NCBI GenBank assembly: GCA_963847445.1
Contig: CAWJZV010000030.1
Location: 544,001 to 608,000 of the forward strand
DNA length: 64,000 nt
From: an uncultured delta proteobacterium
Lineage (GTDB): Bacteria; Desulfobacterota; Binatia; UBA9968
Direction of reading: 5' to 3'
Of this stretch, positions 23,318 through 33,646 are shown in pieces (the first letter of the stretch is position 1; the number at the start of each line of letters is the position of its first letter). The notes below the pieces were generated by a model. That model was not told where the DNA came from and searched no databases. It saw only the letters and a program-made list of their open reading frames with translations. A program made the translations under genes and the position numbers.

Positions 23318-23470
23318 AAAATCGAAATCCAAAGCACGCAATCTGAAACACATTCAAATGACCAAAAATTCAAATTCCAAACAGGTTTCGTTCGGATTCG
23401 GGGTTTTGAAATTTCCGGATTTTAGGTCCATTTGGCTGCGAGTTTGTTTCGGATTTCGGATTTCGTGCTT
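23318..23470. repeat. AAATC/GATTT short-repeat inverted element
   Basis: aaaatcgaaatccaaagcacg...aaattcaaattcc...ttcggatttcggatttcgtgc. Confidence 0.65.
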
Positions 23471-23529
23471 CGAACGTTCCGATTGGGTCCTTTGCCGCTC
23501 TTTGCGGCTGATCCCTCCGAGTCCGAATA

Positions 23530-24527
23530 CTACCGTCCCTTCGCCTTTCTTTCCTGCGCGAGCTGCTCGAGAAACGACAAATCCAATAGCTCGCCGACAT
23601 TCAGTTTCATCCCGGCCAGAGTTTCGATCATTGGCAATCACGTTCTCCATCGCTTTGGCGGTGATCAGCGGCAGCCCCGGGGTGACTTGACTGTAGGTCC
23701 GTCGAGTCTCTTCCAACTCTTCGATCACATTGGAGCGGTAGTATTCGCCGAGATACTTATGCACGCGATCCTTGTTTTTTTCGTCGCGGTAAAAGTCCAT
23801 GCCGTCCGCCAGTCCGCGCATGAAGTTCATGCACCGTCTCTCTATCGGAACGAATAAACGTTCTCGTCGTCAGCGGTCCGGCGATGGTGTACTCGAAATC
23901 TTCCTTGGAGAAGTCGAGGAAGACCGGATAGTTCGCTTTGCGCGCCTTCAGCGTAAACGGCGATTGCAGCACGGTGGCGTGAATTTGACCCGCCGTGAGC
24001 GCAGTCCAGCGGTCTCCCTGACCGCCAACGCCGACTATTTGCACATCTTTGTCGGCAGTCAGCCCTAAACGCCGGGCCGCCAACCGCGCGATAAAATCTG
24101 TGCTCGACCCCAACTGGCTGACACCGATTCTTTTCCCTTTCAGATCCTCGGGCCGTTTGATCGATGGATGCGCGGCCAGAATGTAGTCGAGGCGGTTACC
24201 CACCGCGCCGATAAACTGCAACTCCTTCGCGCCCTGTGCCCAGGCGGCGACCACCGTCGACGCGCCCTGCAATTGCAAAGACAGGTCGCCGGAAAGCGCC
24301 GCCTGGATACCCATAAGCCCGCCGCGAATATAGATCGGCTCAACTTTGATGCCATGTTTCTCAAACGACCCGGACTTATGCGCCACCCAAAAATAACTCG
24401 CCGACCCGCCTAAAGGGTAACCGACCTTGAGTTCGCGCAAGGGTTTGGCTTGGGCAATAACAAGCGCGGGAAGCGGAACTAATACGAACGAGATAAACAA
24501 TTGCAGCAGTCTGGCGTTCGCTCTCAT
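23530..24527 (-). CDS. NitT/TauT-type ABC solute-binding protein (frameshifted)
   Basis: FEKHGIKVEP, EDLKGKRIGVSQLGSSTD, ALTAGQIHA. Confidence 0.85.
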
Positions 24528-24574
24528 ACCCGGCACCTCCATGAACTAAAGTTTTTAACTCGGACTGACTTTCT

Positions 24575-24955
24575 TTAACCCTCGCCCTTTGGGAGAGGGC
24601 AAGGGTGAGGGCTCTTCAGCTCTGCACTGATCCTCTCCAGACACGCCTCAAGATTCGTTAAAACATCGTTGTTCCAAAAGCGAAGCACGCGATACCCGCG
24701 CGACTCCAGAAAATCAGTTCTGGCTTGATCCGCCGCGCTTTGCTCCGCATGCTGACCACCATCAAGCTCGACCACTATGCCCCGCTCGACACAGCAAAAG
24801 TCGGTTATGAACGGACCCATGGGATGTTGCCGGCGGAATTTAGCGCCACACAATTGGCGGTCGCGCAGCTGCGCCCAGAGTTTTTTCTCCGCGTCGGTGA
24901 TCTCCCTTCGCAGCTTACGCGCGTGAGTCTTTTGATTAAGTGGATACGGCAGCAT
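24575..24955 (-). CDS. DUF559 / Vsr-like endonuclease domain protein
   Basis: ARKLRR..T.AEKKLW..LR, KFRRQHP.GPFITDF, ELDGGQH, GYRVLRFWN. Confidence 0.9.
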   Translation of the reverse strand: MLPYPLNQKTHARKLRREITDAEKKLWAQLRDRQLCGAKFRRQHPMGPFITDFCCVERGIVVELDGGQHAEQSAADQARTDFLESRGYRVLRFWNNDVLTNLEACLERISAELKSPHPCPLPKGEG

Positions 24956-25037
24956 TCGGGAGAGCCCTCGCCCATAGCCCTCTCCGGTCTTCAGTCCCCA
25001 TCTCCCTGCATAACCCTCGCCCCCTGGGAGAGGGAAA
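24579..25037. repeat. CCCTC(G/T)CCC...GGGAGAGGG palindromes bracketing the DUF559 gene
   Basis: ccctcgccctttgggagagggcaagggtgaggg at ~24579-24612; ccctcgcccctgggagaggg at ~25014-25033. Confidence 0.8.
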
Positions 25038-25078
25038 GGTAGGCATTGCAACGGCGCCAGAGCAAAGCACGCGCAAAA

Positions 25079-25669
25079 TTACTTGGCCGCCTCTTCAACC
25101 AAACTATTGTCGTAAAACTGTTTCACATCGGCGCCTTTCGCTTTGGGATGTTCGACAAATTTTTGCGCGTTCGCCATCGCCTTCTCCTCGACTCTCAGCG
25201 TCAGGGGGAAAGCGTCCTTGTAGAACTCGTAGCTGCCTTGCAGAGTCGGAATCGTCGTTGACTCTGGTGAATTTCCTCAGCGCTTTCTTAGTCACGGCGG
25301 CGTTTTCTCTGGCCAACGGAACCCCTTCGCCAAGCGCGCGCAAAAAATCCACCGCCACCTTGCGGTTCCGGGTGTCCTTCAACCAAGAGTCTCGCGCGGC
25401 GGCAGTTGGGAATAGTCCGTATTCGGTCGTCAACGGCCGGAAGAGCAACTGAAACCCGGCGTTTTTGGCGCGCAAGCCAAAGGGGTAGCCGATCATGCGA
25501 AACATCGACTCGACCGCCGGTGAGCGCCGCGAAGGACTCGCCGACGCCGCCATTCGAGCAACGATAGATAGCCTAGCCGCGGAACTTTCTTCGGCTGCTG
25601 CGCGGCGGCGGGATAACTATGAGCAAAGAACAGAACGCATAGAGCCAGTCTAGTGATTTTTTTGTGCAC
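25079..25669 (-). pseudogene. chimeric binding-protein remnant (ABC_sub_bind N-terminus joined to NitT/TauT-type C-terminus)
   Basis: 5' LALCVLFFAHSYPAAAQQPKKVPRLGYLS joined directly to ...RAKNAGFQLL...VDFLRALGEG...QFYDNSLVEEAAK*. Confidence 0.65.
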
Positions 25670-25690
25670 GGAGTTTGCCCTCGCACTAGC

Positions 25691-25803
25691 CCTCACCTCT
25701 GTCCTCTCCCAGAGGGAGAGGAAGTAAGAATCTCCAAACCCGGCTTCCCGTTTTCATCTCCGTATCTTCACCCTCGCCCTTTGGGAGAGGCAAGGGTGAG
25801 GGC
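25691..25803. repeat. two CCCTC...GGGAGAGG palindromes
   Basis: ccctcacc...cctctcccagagggagagg and ccctcgccctttgggagaggcaagggtgaggg. Confidence 0.8.
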
Positions 25804-25807
25804 AAGC

Positions 25808-25898
25808 TTCACCCCGCCAACTCAAAGCACGGCAGCTTGATCGCCGGATTATGCGTCTGCTCGTAGCGCACATTGACCCGGTCGCCGGTTTTGACCTT
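25808..25898 (-). repeat. duplicate of the last ~90 bp of the DUF35 gene
   Basis: ttcaccccgccaactcaaagcacggcagcttgatc...ttgacctt matches 26576-26666. Confidence 0.9.
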
Positions 25899-26285
25899 CT
25901 ACCATGCGGTTCGCACAGCGTATTGCGTAATCAGCTTGTCCGGCGTCAATAGCACAAGACCCTGCACAATCGCTTGGCAAACCAACATTCGATCAAAAGG
26001 ATCTTTGTGCAAAGCCGGGAGCCGGATTAAGTGCAATGCGGCTTCTTCGTCTAAATCAAGAGATTCGATGCCATGCTCTTTGCGCTGCGCCGGCACATAT
26101 TTTATCGGCGACTCCGGAAGAGGAAGTTTACCCAACGCATGCTTGACCGAGATTTCCCACGCAGAGACCGAGCTAAGATAAATCTCATTCTCCGGATCGG
26201 AGAATAGTTCCCGTGCATCTTTCGACAGGTCTGGGGCGCCGGTCACGGCCCAGAGAAACGTGGCGGTGTCTAATAAAATCTTCAC
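25899..26285 (-). CDS. vapC: PIN-domain (VapC) toxin
   Basis: ILLDT, SSVSAWEI..K, HKDPFDRMLVCQA, LLTPD. Confidence 0.9.
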   Translation of the reverse strand: MKILLDTATFLWAVTGAPDLSKDARELFSDPENEIYLSSVSAWEISVKHALGKLPLPESPIKYVPAQRKEHGIESLDLDEEAALHLIRLPALHKDPFDRMLVCQAIVQGLVLLTPDKLITQYAVRTAW

Positions 26286-26527
26286 GGCTCTTTGCCATTG
26301 AATGCATCAATAATATCCGGCGGTAACGGTTCAAAAAACTCGGCTGGAACTGTGAACTGCCCTTTCGCTAAACCGATTGGCCGCTTCGTTTTCCGTCGCT
26401 TAGGCAATGGACGAATCTCGGCAATGGGAATATTCCGTTTGCACAACAGAATGGTCTCTCCCCGCTCGAGCTTTTCCAAATAACGGGATAAGTGGGTCTT
26501 TGCCTCGTGCACATTCAATTTTATCAT
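26282..26527 (-). CDS. Phd/YefM-family antitoxin
   Basis: NVHEAKTHLSRYL...GETILL...PIAEI; 4-bp overlap with the toxin gene. Confidence 0.9.
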   Translation of the reverse strand: MIKLNVHEAKTHLSRYLEKLERGETILLCKRNIPIAEIRPLPKRRKTKRPIGLAKGQFTVPAEFFEPLPPDIIDAFNGKEP

Positions 26528-26576
26528 AGCTTAAAAGTAGACTAATAAGTGAACTAAGTCTACAACCTAATTAGCT

Positions 26577-26996
26577 TCATCCCGCCAACTCAAAACACGG
26601 CAGCTTGATCTCCGGATTATGCGTCTGCTCGTAGCGCACCTTGACGCGGTCGCCCATCTTGACCTTTTCTTTGTTGTCGCCGAGCAGGCGGCTTTCGATG
26701 ATCACGCCTTCGTCGAGGATCACGTTGATGTAATAGATCGGCGCCTCTTCTTTGAACGCCGGGTTGCGCGGCACGCGGACCAGGGTAAAGCTGTGAATCT
26801 TGCCGGTGCCTTTGGCCTCGATCCAACTCATCTCGCCGAAGCAATCGACGCAGGCGACGCGCGGAAAGAACTGCACCTTGCCGCAGCTGTTGCACTTTTG
26901 CAGAAGAAATTTATTTTTCGCCGCCCCTTCCCAAAACGGCCGGTCGACGGGGTTGATCTTGGGTAAACTTTTTTGCGGTGCTCTTGCTTCAGCCAT
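26577..26996 (-). CDS. DUF35 Zn-ribbon/OB-fold protein (ChsH2 C-terminus-like)
   Basis: PFWEG, CNSCG...FFPR..CVDC, GKIHSFT; adjacent to a thiolase-fold gene. Confidence 0.9.
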   Translation of the reverse strand: MAEARAPQKSLPKINPVDRPFWEGAAKNKFLLQKCNSCGKVQFFPRVACVDCFGEMSWIEAKGTGKIHSFTLVRVPRNPAFKEEAPIYYINVILDEGVIIESRLLGDNKEKVKMGDRVKVRYEQTHNPEIKLPCFELAG

Positions 26997-28147
26997 TACT
27001 TTCTCCTTTCCATGACCAGCGCGCTGGTTGTGCCGAGGTTGCGCCCGTAGTTGAGCCAGCCGATGCCGGTGACCAGGGCGCGCTCGGCTTTCGCCACCTG
27101 ATGGCCATCGGCTTCGCCGCGCAGCTGGCGCAGCGCTTCGACGACATGGAGAAAACCGCCGGCCAAGCCCGCTTGCCCGACGGATAATTCGCCGCCGCCG
27201 GTGTTGACCGGAAAGTCGCCTTTGTAAGTAAGATCGTGGGCGTCGACGAACTTGCCGCCGTCGCCTTTTTTGCAGTAACCGAAGTCCTCGATCTGAATCA
27301 TCACGGCGATCGGATAGTCGTCGTAGATCTCGAACAGGTCGATATCCTCGCGCTTCACTTCAGAGAAAATCTTTTCGCCCACCAGTTTCATGCCGAAGGT
27401 GGTTTTCTCCGGCAGCATGTTGGCGACCTGATAATGAATCTTCTCGGCGTCGGTAACTAAATAAACCAGCTTGTCGGTGAGCTGCTTGGCCTTCTCTTCC
27501 GACGCCAGGATAATGCACTCGGCGCCGGAGCAAGGCATGACGCAGTCGAACAAGCGCACCGGATCGGAGATCATCCGCGAGTTCAGATAATCCGTCATCG
27601 ACATCGGCTCGCGGAACAGCGCCTGCGGATTGTTGATCGCGTTGAAACGCTGCGCCACGGCGATCTTGCCGACCTGCTCCAGGGTCGTGCCGAAGTTCTC
27701 CATGTGCAAGCGTTGGATCAACGCCATCAGCGAATTGGGCCCGCCGTAGCCGTAGACATCGACGAAATTGCCGCGCTGATACTCCAGCTGCCGTTGATGG
27801 GCGACGCTGCGGTCGAAAGAGTTGCCCGCCAGCAGCAAGGCGATATCGAGATGGCCGCATTCGATGGCGTCCGCCGCCCGGCTCACCGCGCCGACGCCGC
27901 TGGCGCCGCCGTAGTCGGCGTTGAGCACCCAATCGAGTTCGAAACCCAACTGCTCGGCGACATGCGGCGCCGTGTCGGGACTCGCCTGGGTCGTCACCGA
28001 CAAGCCGTTGATGTCTTTCTTCTTGAGCCCGGTCTGACTCAACGCCGCGCGAATCGCGATGGCATACTGGCCGAGCAGCGACTCCTCTGATTTGCGCGAG
28101 TATTCCGTCGACCCATAGCCGACAAAACAAACTTTTTTACGTCTCAT
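26996..28147 (-). CDS. SCP2-type thiolase-fold protein (Ltp2-like)
   Basis: GGASG in place of the Cys motif, SRMISDPVRLFDC, EIYDDYP, VNTGGGELS, EALRQLRGEA. Confidence 0.85.
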   Translation of the reverse strand: MRRKKVCFVGYGSTEYSRKSEESLLGQYAIAIRAALSQTGLKKKDINGLSVTTQASPDTAPHVAEQLGFELDWVLNADYGGASGVGAVSRAADAIECGHLDIALLLAGNSFDRSVAHQRQLEYQRGNFVDVYGYGGPNSLMALIQRLHMENFGTTLEQVGKIAVAQRFNAINNPQALFREPMSMTDYLNSRMISDPVRLFDCVMPCSGAECIILASEEKAKQLTDKLVYLVTDAEKIHYQVANMLPEKTTFGMKLVGEKIFSEVKREDIDLFEIYDDYPIAVMIQIEDFGYCKKGDGGKFVDAHDLTYKGDFPVNTGGGELSVGQAGLAGGFLHVVEALRQLRGEADGHQVAKAERALVTGIGWLNYGRNLGTTSALVMERRK

Positions 28148-28178
28148 CTTTTTGCTCCCTCTCGTCTCTCGGTCAAGC

Positions 28179-28288
28179 GTTCAAAACGTTCAAACGGTTC
28201 AAACCGTTTCAGCGGGAACTGAGTCCGTACTTTCTCACTCGGCTCGTCGTCTCTCAATCCAAAATCCAAAATCGAAAATCCAAAATCG
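28179..28288. repeat. GTTCAA repeats followed by AATCCAA/AATCGAA heptamers
   Basis: cgttcaaaacgttcaaacggttcaaac; aatccaaaatccaaaatcgaaaatccaaaatc. Confidence 0.8.
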
Positions 28289-28301
28289 ATATGCCTTACC
28301 C

Positions 28302-29424
28302 TTACCCTTCACGAAATCTCTCCCCCACCGCCCGATTCAACTCTTCCTCGCGGCCATAGAGCAGCCGCATCAAGCGCGCCTCGCGATAAAACCCTTCGAA
28401 GGGAAACTCTTTGCAGACGCCGTAACCGCCGTGAATCTGAATCGCGCTGTCGGCGGCTTGGAAGGCCATGCGCGCGGCGCGTTTCTTGGCCAGCGCCGCC
28501 TCGTCGAAGTAAGGCAGATCGTTGTCGGCGCGCCAGGCCGCTTCCAAGGTGATCCAGGTCGTCGTGCGAATCTCGATGGCCAGATCGGCCAGCATCCATT
28601 GAATCGCCTGGCGCTCCGCCAAGCCGCCGGCCGAAGGTGACGCGATTTTTCGCATGCTCGATGGACGCCGCCAGACAACGCATGCCGATGCCCAACGATC
28701 GCGCCGCGATCCGCAGCTGTTCGGCGGCGATGATCGCGCCCGCTTCATACTCGTAGCCGAGCAGCTGCTCGTTGGCGATGCGGCAATGGGTCAACGTCAG
28801 CCTGGCCACGGTCGCATCGGTTGTCAGGTCGGCCTCGTCAAGGATGTTGAGCCCGGGCGCGTCGCGCGCGATGACGAACAAGCCCAAACGCTGCGTGCCC
28901 TGCTCCCGCGCCGGGAAAAGAAACAGATCGGCCGGGGCGCGTACACGTCCAAGCGGCAATCTTGCAGGATCGCCCCTTCGGGCTCTTGGCGATAAAGCGT
29001 GCGCAGGTGAGACAAGCTGCCGCTCTTATGCGCTTCGTCGAATGCCAGCGCCAGCGACAGCTCGCCGGCGGCCAGCGCCTGGCCATATTTGGTCTCGAAC
29101 ATGAATGCCGGGAATCGCCACCGGCGCGAAGGGCAACACCGAACGGCCAAACTCGCGGTGAATCAACACCTGGGCGACATGACCCATGGCCGGTCCGCCC
29201 ATGGATTCCGGCAGCTCCAAGGCCCACAGACCGACGTCGCGCGCTTTCTTGGTAAGCTCGGCGGCGACGTTGGCATCGAGCACGCGCCGCTCCGGCGCCC
29301 CCGGCGGCAGGAACGGCTGGGCTTGCTTCAAATAGACGCCTTCGCGGGCGATCAGTTCCTTGTCGACGAACTGCGCCGCGGTTTCTTTGATGAGCTTTTC
29401 TTCTTCAGTCAGTTGCAAATCCAT
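28302..29424 (-). CDS. acyl-CoA dehydrogenase-like protein, divergent (frameshifted)
   Basis: MDLQLTEEEKLIKETAAQFVDKEL, QAIQWMLAD, IQIHGGYG; lacks EPxxGSD and IxEGxxE motifs. Confidence 0.8.
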
Positions 29425-29437
29425 AAGATTAATCATT

Positions 29438-29570
29438 CACCACGAAGGCACGAAGGTTAATTTCGAGCCCGAGCAAGGACGTATGCAATACGCCAATGCA
29501 ATCCGAACTTTGCGCCTTCGCGCCTTTGCGGGAGATATTCCGATTTGCGCCCTTTGCGTTCTTTGCGGCC
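29438..29570. repeat. CACGAAG / CTTTGCG short-repeat element
   Basis: caccacgaaggcacgaagg...ctttgcgccttcgcgcctttgcg...ctttgcgttctttgcg. Confidence 0.65.
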
Positions 29571-29584
29571 AATTCTCTCTACTC

Positions 29585-30782
29585 TCACTGCAATTCCAGC
29601 AGCGACGTTCCTTGGCGAAACAGTTCGCGCTGAATGATATGGCGCTGCACTTCCGACGGCCCCTCGATGATCCGCCGCGCCCGCGCGTGGCGGAAGGCGC
29701 GCGCGATCACATGCTCCTTGCGCAGCGCCGACGGTCCCACCGCTTCGAGCGCGAAGTCGATGACTTTATGCGCCAGCTCGGTGCCGAAGCAGCTTAACTT
29801 TCGCGGCGTCGACGCGCACGTCCATTTTCTCGTCGGCGCGCCAGGAGGCCGAGTAGGTGAGCGCCTTGAGCGCTTCCAATTCACCTAAAAAATGACCGAT
29901 GGTGCCAGTGTATTTCTCCGCATCTTTGGCGTCCTGGCGCAGCACCTGGGCGACGGCGTTGAGCACGCGCAGGGCCATGCCATGGGCGCGGATACCGACT
30001 TGGAAACGGCGCGCGCCAAGCCACGCCTGATTGAGCGCCCAGCCGTTGCCCACTGCGCCCAGCACTTGCGACTTGTGCACCCGGCAGTCTTCGAAAACCA
30101 GCTCGCAAGGCTCGGTGCCGGCGATGGTCGCGATGCTGCGCACGACGCGATAGCCCGGCGTGCCGGTGTCGATGAGAAAACAGGTCACGCCCTCGCGCCC
30201 TTTGGTGCCCGGCAAGCGGGCGAACAGTTGGACGAAGTCAGCGACATCGGCGAAGGTCGGAAACATCTTGGTGCCATTGATCTCGAAATAGTCGCCGTCC
30301 GGGGTCGCCGTGGTCTGCATCATCGATGGGTCCGCGCCCGACGCCGGCTCGCTCAGGCCGAAAGCGGAAGTTTTCTCGCCGCGAATGCACGGCCAGAGAT
30401 ATTTATCGATCTGTTCGCCTTGGCAATTGAACAAGATGTTCGAGACATGATTGCCGAACTCGAACGGGATCGCGCTCTTCTCCAACTCCTCGGTGACCGC
30501 GATCATGGCGACGTTGCTGACTGCCATGCCGCCGTAGGCTTTGGGCACGTCCAAATGCCACAAGCCCTTGGCCTCGGCACGCTGCTCCAGCCCTTCCATG
30601 ATCTCGAGATAGCGCTTGATCTCCGGATCACTGCTCGATTTCACCCGGCTCTTCCACCGGCTACCCTCGAAGATATCCGGCGCATAGGCGAACTCGGGCT
30701 CCAGCGGCAGCAGTTCGCTATGCACGAACTCGGCGACCGTTTGGCGCAAACTCTCTTCTTCAGCCGACAAATGAAAATTCAT
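29585..30782 (-). CDS. acyl-CoA dehydrogenase (frameshift ~29790)
   Basis: AFGLSEPASGAD, INGTKMF, RRIIEGPSEVQR. Confidence 0.9.
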
Positions 30783-30849
30783 GGCGCGACGCAATCTCCC
30801 TCCGCCCCTTTATCACAGCTTGCTCGGACAAAAAAACAGTAAACAGGCA

Positions 30850-30878
30850 TTGACCGTCGATTCACCCCTGTGCTAATC
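30850..30878 (+). promoter_or_regulatory. possible sigma70 promoter of the amidohydrolase-tct region
   Basis: TTGACC...GCTAAT in the divergent intergenic gap; motif match only. Confidence 0.3.
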
Positions 30879-30929
30879 CGATCAGCTATCGAAACTTCGT
30901 ACTCAGTCGCCGCAAGCTCCGGAGGTCCC

Positions 30930-31952
30930 ATGTCTGCCGTCAATTTGGCCAACGTCAACATCATCGACGCCGATGGTCATGTCCTGGACCGCGATGCCAA
31001 CTTGCGCAAATTTATCCCTGAGCCCTACTGCCGGCGCCAAGGTTCTCTTTTGCCCAATGATGTCTGGGACGCCAGCATGTACGGCAAGCTGATCACCAAA
31101 TCTCCCGATGTGCCGACCCGTCTGCGTGACATGGATACCGAACATATCGATATCTCCGTGCTGTTTCCCACCGGCGGTTTCGGCGTCACCCAGTTGCCCG
31201 AGAAAGACTACGCCGCCGCCTTCTGCCGCGGTTACAACGATTGGATCGCCAGCGTCTGCGCCGAAAGCCCAAGGCTCAAAGGCGTCGGCCTGGTGCCGTT
31301 TCAGGATGTCGACGCCGCGGCCAAAGAAACCCAGCGGGCCATCCGGGAGCTCGGCCTCGCCGGCATTACCGTCGGCACCTTCGGCATGAAGGAACATCTC
31401 GGCCAACCGATGTATTGGCCGATCTACGAAGAGCTGGAAAAAATGAACGTGCCCTTGCTGGTGCACAACTCGCGCCAGGGTCCGGCCGGCGAAATCCGCT
31501 TCGACACCTTCTTATTTCGCCATACCATTGGACGGCCCTTCGAAACTTTGCTAGATTGCGCCGCACTGGTTTACGGCGGTGTGCCGGAACGGTTTCCTAA
31601 ACTGCGCATCGCCTTTCTCGAATGCGGCTGCGGCTGGGTGCCTTATTGGATGGATCGCATGGACGAAGAATGGGAGAAGCGCAAAGCCGAAGCGCCGCTG
31701 CTAAAGAAAAAACCCAGCGAGTATATCACCGCGGGCAATTGGTTTTTTGCCGCCGAACCGGAAGAGAGCACCGTGCCTTTTTGTTTGGAAAAGGTCGGCG
31801 AAGATGTCATTTTGTTCGCCTCCGACTATCCCCACTGGGATGGTGGTTTTCCTTATATGACGGCGACCGTCAAGGGTAGAAACGACATTAGCGAACCGCA
31901 AAAAGGCAAGATCATGCGCGACAACGCCGCGCGGCTTTACGGTTGGCATTAA
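30930..31952 (+). CDS. amidohydrolase_2 family protein
   Basis: IIDADGH, YNDW, LLVH, LRIAFLECGCGW, FASDYPHWD; GGAGG RBS. Confidence 0.9.
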   Translation: MSAVNLANVNIIDADGHVLDRDANLRKFIPEPYCRRQGSLLPNDVWDASMYGKLITKSPDVPTRLRDMDTEHIDISVLFPTGGFGVTQLPEKDYAAAFCRGYNDWIASVCAESPRLKGVGLVPFQDVDAAAKETQRAIRELGLAGITVGTFGMKEHLGQPMYWPIYEELEKMNVPLLVHNSRQGPAGEIRFDTFLFRHTIGRPFETLLDCAALVYGGVPERFPKLRIAFLECGCGWVPYWMDRMDEEWEKRKAEAPLLKKKPSEYITAGNWFFAAEPEESTVPFCLEKVGEDVILFASDYPHWDGGFPYMTATVKGRNDISEPQKGKIMRDNAARLYGWH

Positions 31953-31976
31953 GAACATTAAAAACAGGAGTATAAC

Positions 31977-32475
31977 TTGAAATTTAGACCGGCCGCATTG
32001 TTTAGCCTCGTCGTGCTGATTTTCTTCTGCGTGTTCGTGTATGGAGCCCAAGAGTGGCGCATGCAGGCGCGGCTCTATCCCTTTGCCATCGGCATCCCGA
32101 TGCTGCTCTTCGCCGTCGTCCAATTCATCCTGGATCTCAAAGGGCGTCAAGGCCAAGGAATCTGCGGACGGCGCGCCGATGGATTTTCAATTCTCCGCCC
32201 AGAAGGAAATGGACCCGGCGTTGGTCAAACATCGAACCATCGTCATGTTCTCCTGGCTGTTCGGATTCTTCTTCGCTATTTGGCTCGTCGGTTATCCGAT
32301 CGCGATTCCGCTGTTGGTATTTTGCTATCTCAAATTTCAGTCAGGCGAGTCCTGGAAGCTGACGATTTTTCTGACGGCCATTTCCTGGGTATTTTTCTAT
32401 ACCCTGTTTGTCAGGCTGCTGACTTTACCGTTCCCCGACGGCTGGCTGCTCACCAAGCTTGGATTCTTTGACTAA
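31977..32475 (+). CDS. tctB: tripartite tricarboxylate transporter small membrane subunit (frameshift ~32143)
   Basis: About 4 TM segments, ARLYP, LVGYPIA, C-terminal LFVRLLTLPFPDG. Confidence 0.8.
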
Positions 32476-32586
32476 GCCGAACCATACAAGCCGTAAACTA
32501 GCTGCGCCCAGCGGCACCACCATGCTTGCCTGGGGAATCATAAGCCGTTTCTCCAATCGGCTCCCTGGTTCGGGAGGTTGCCACCG

Positions 32587-33639
32587 ATGATCCACCGACA
32601 ACTCCACGCCACATCGGTTCTGGCTTGCCTGACCCTGAGCCTATGGATTGGCGTCAACGCGCAAGCCCAGGTCGACGGCTTCTACAACGGCAAAACCGTG
32701 CGCATCATCGTCGGCGCAACGCCCGGCGGCTTTTACGATCGTTGGGCGCGGCTGCTGGCGCGTTACATACCCAAGTACATCGCCGGCAACCCCAATTTCG
32801 TCGTGCAAAACATGCCGGGCGCCGGCTCCGTGGTGGCGGCCAACTATGTTTACCACTTGGCCAAACCCGACGGGCTAACGCTAGGCATGCCGCTCAACAG
32901 CCTGCACCTCGACCAGCTCGTCGGCCGGCCAGAAGTAAAGTACGATTTGCGCAAATTTGTCTATATCGGCAGCCAAGAAAAGACCCCAACGATGATGTAC
33001 TTTCGCGCCGACAGCCCGATCAAATCGCTCGACGATATCATTCAAGCCAAGGAACCGCCCAAATGCGGCTCGAGCGGGACGACCAGCACCGCCTATACCG
33101 TGTCGAAGCTGCTCAACGAAGCATTCAAGGCCAAGACCATCAGCATAAGCGGCTACCAGGGGGGCAGCGAGATCGATCTGGCCGTGGAGCGCGGCGAAAT
33201 CGTTTGCCGTCAAATGGACGTGCCGCCGCACTTTGGCCGCGAGCCATTTGATGGTTGGCATAAGCGCGGCTTCGACCGCCATATCTTTCAAGGCGGGCCC
33301 AAGCGCGATGCGCGCTTGGCCGAGGTGCCGACGCTGTTCGAACTGCTGGACCAATACAAGTCGCCGGCGATCATGCGCAGTCTGACCCGGGTGATTCTCG
33401 CCAGCGGCGAAATGGGCCGGCCGATGATGGCGGGGCCGGGAGTACCGGCGGAGCGGATCAAAGCGCTGCGCGATGCTTACGGCAGAGCGATGCGCGATCC
33501 GGCCCTGATCGAGGAAGCGAAGAAGGGCCAGATGGACTTGGAATATACCGCCGGCACAGAGCTTCAAGCACAGATCAACGAAATCATCAGCCAGCCGCGC
33601 GAGGTGATCGAGCTGGTCAAGAAAGTTTTGACGGATTGA
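32587..33639 (+). CDS. tctC: TctC/Bug binding protein, array member 1 (plain leader)
   Basis: FYNGKT, PGGFYDRWAR, QNMPGAGS, KPDGLTL, PPKCG, GYQGGSEIDLAVERGE. Confidence 0.9.
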   Translation: MIHRQLHATSVLACLTLSLWIGVNAQAQVDGFYNGKTVRIIVGATPGGFYDRWARLLARYIPKYIAGNPNFVVQNMPGAGSVVAANYVYHLAKPDGLTLGMPLNSLHLDQLVGRPEVKYDLRKFVYIGSQEKTPTMMYFRADSPIKSLDDIIQAKEPPKCGSSGTTSTAYTVSKLLNEAFKAKTISISGYQGGSEIDLAVERGEIVCRQMDVPPHFGREPFDGWHKRGFDRHIFQGGPKRDARLAEVPTLFELLDQYKSPAIMRSLTRVILASGEMGRPMMAGPGVPAERIKALRDAYGRAMRDPALIEEAKKGQMDLEYTAGTELQAQINEIISQPREVIELVKKVLTD

Positions 33640-33646
33640 GGCGATT

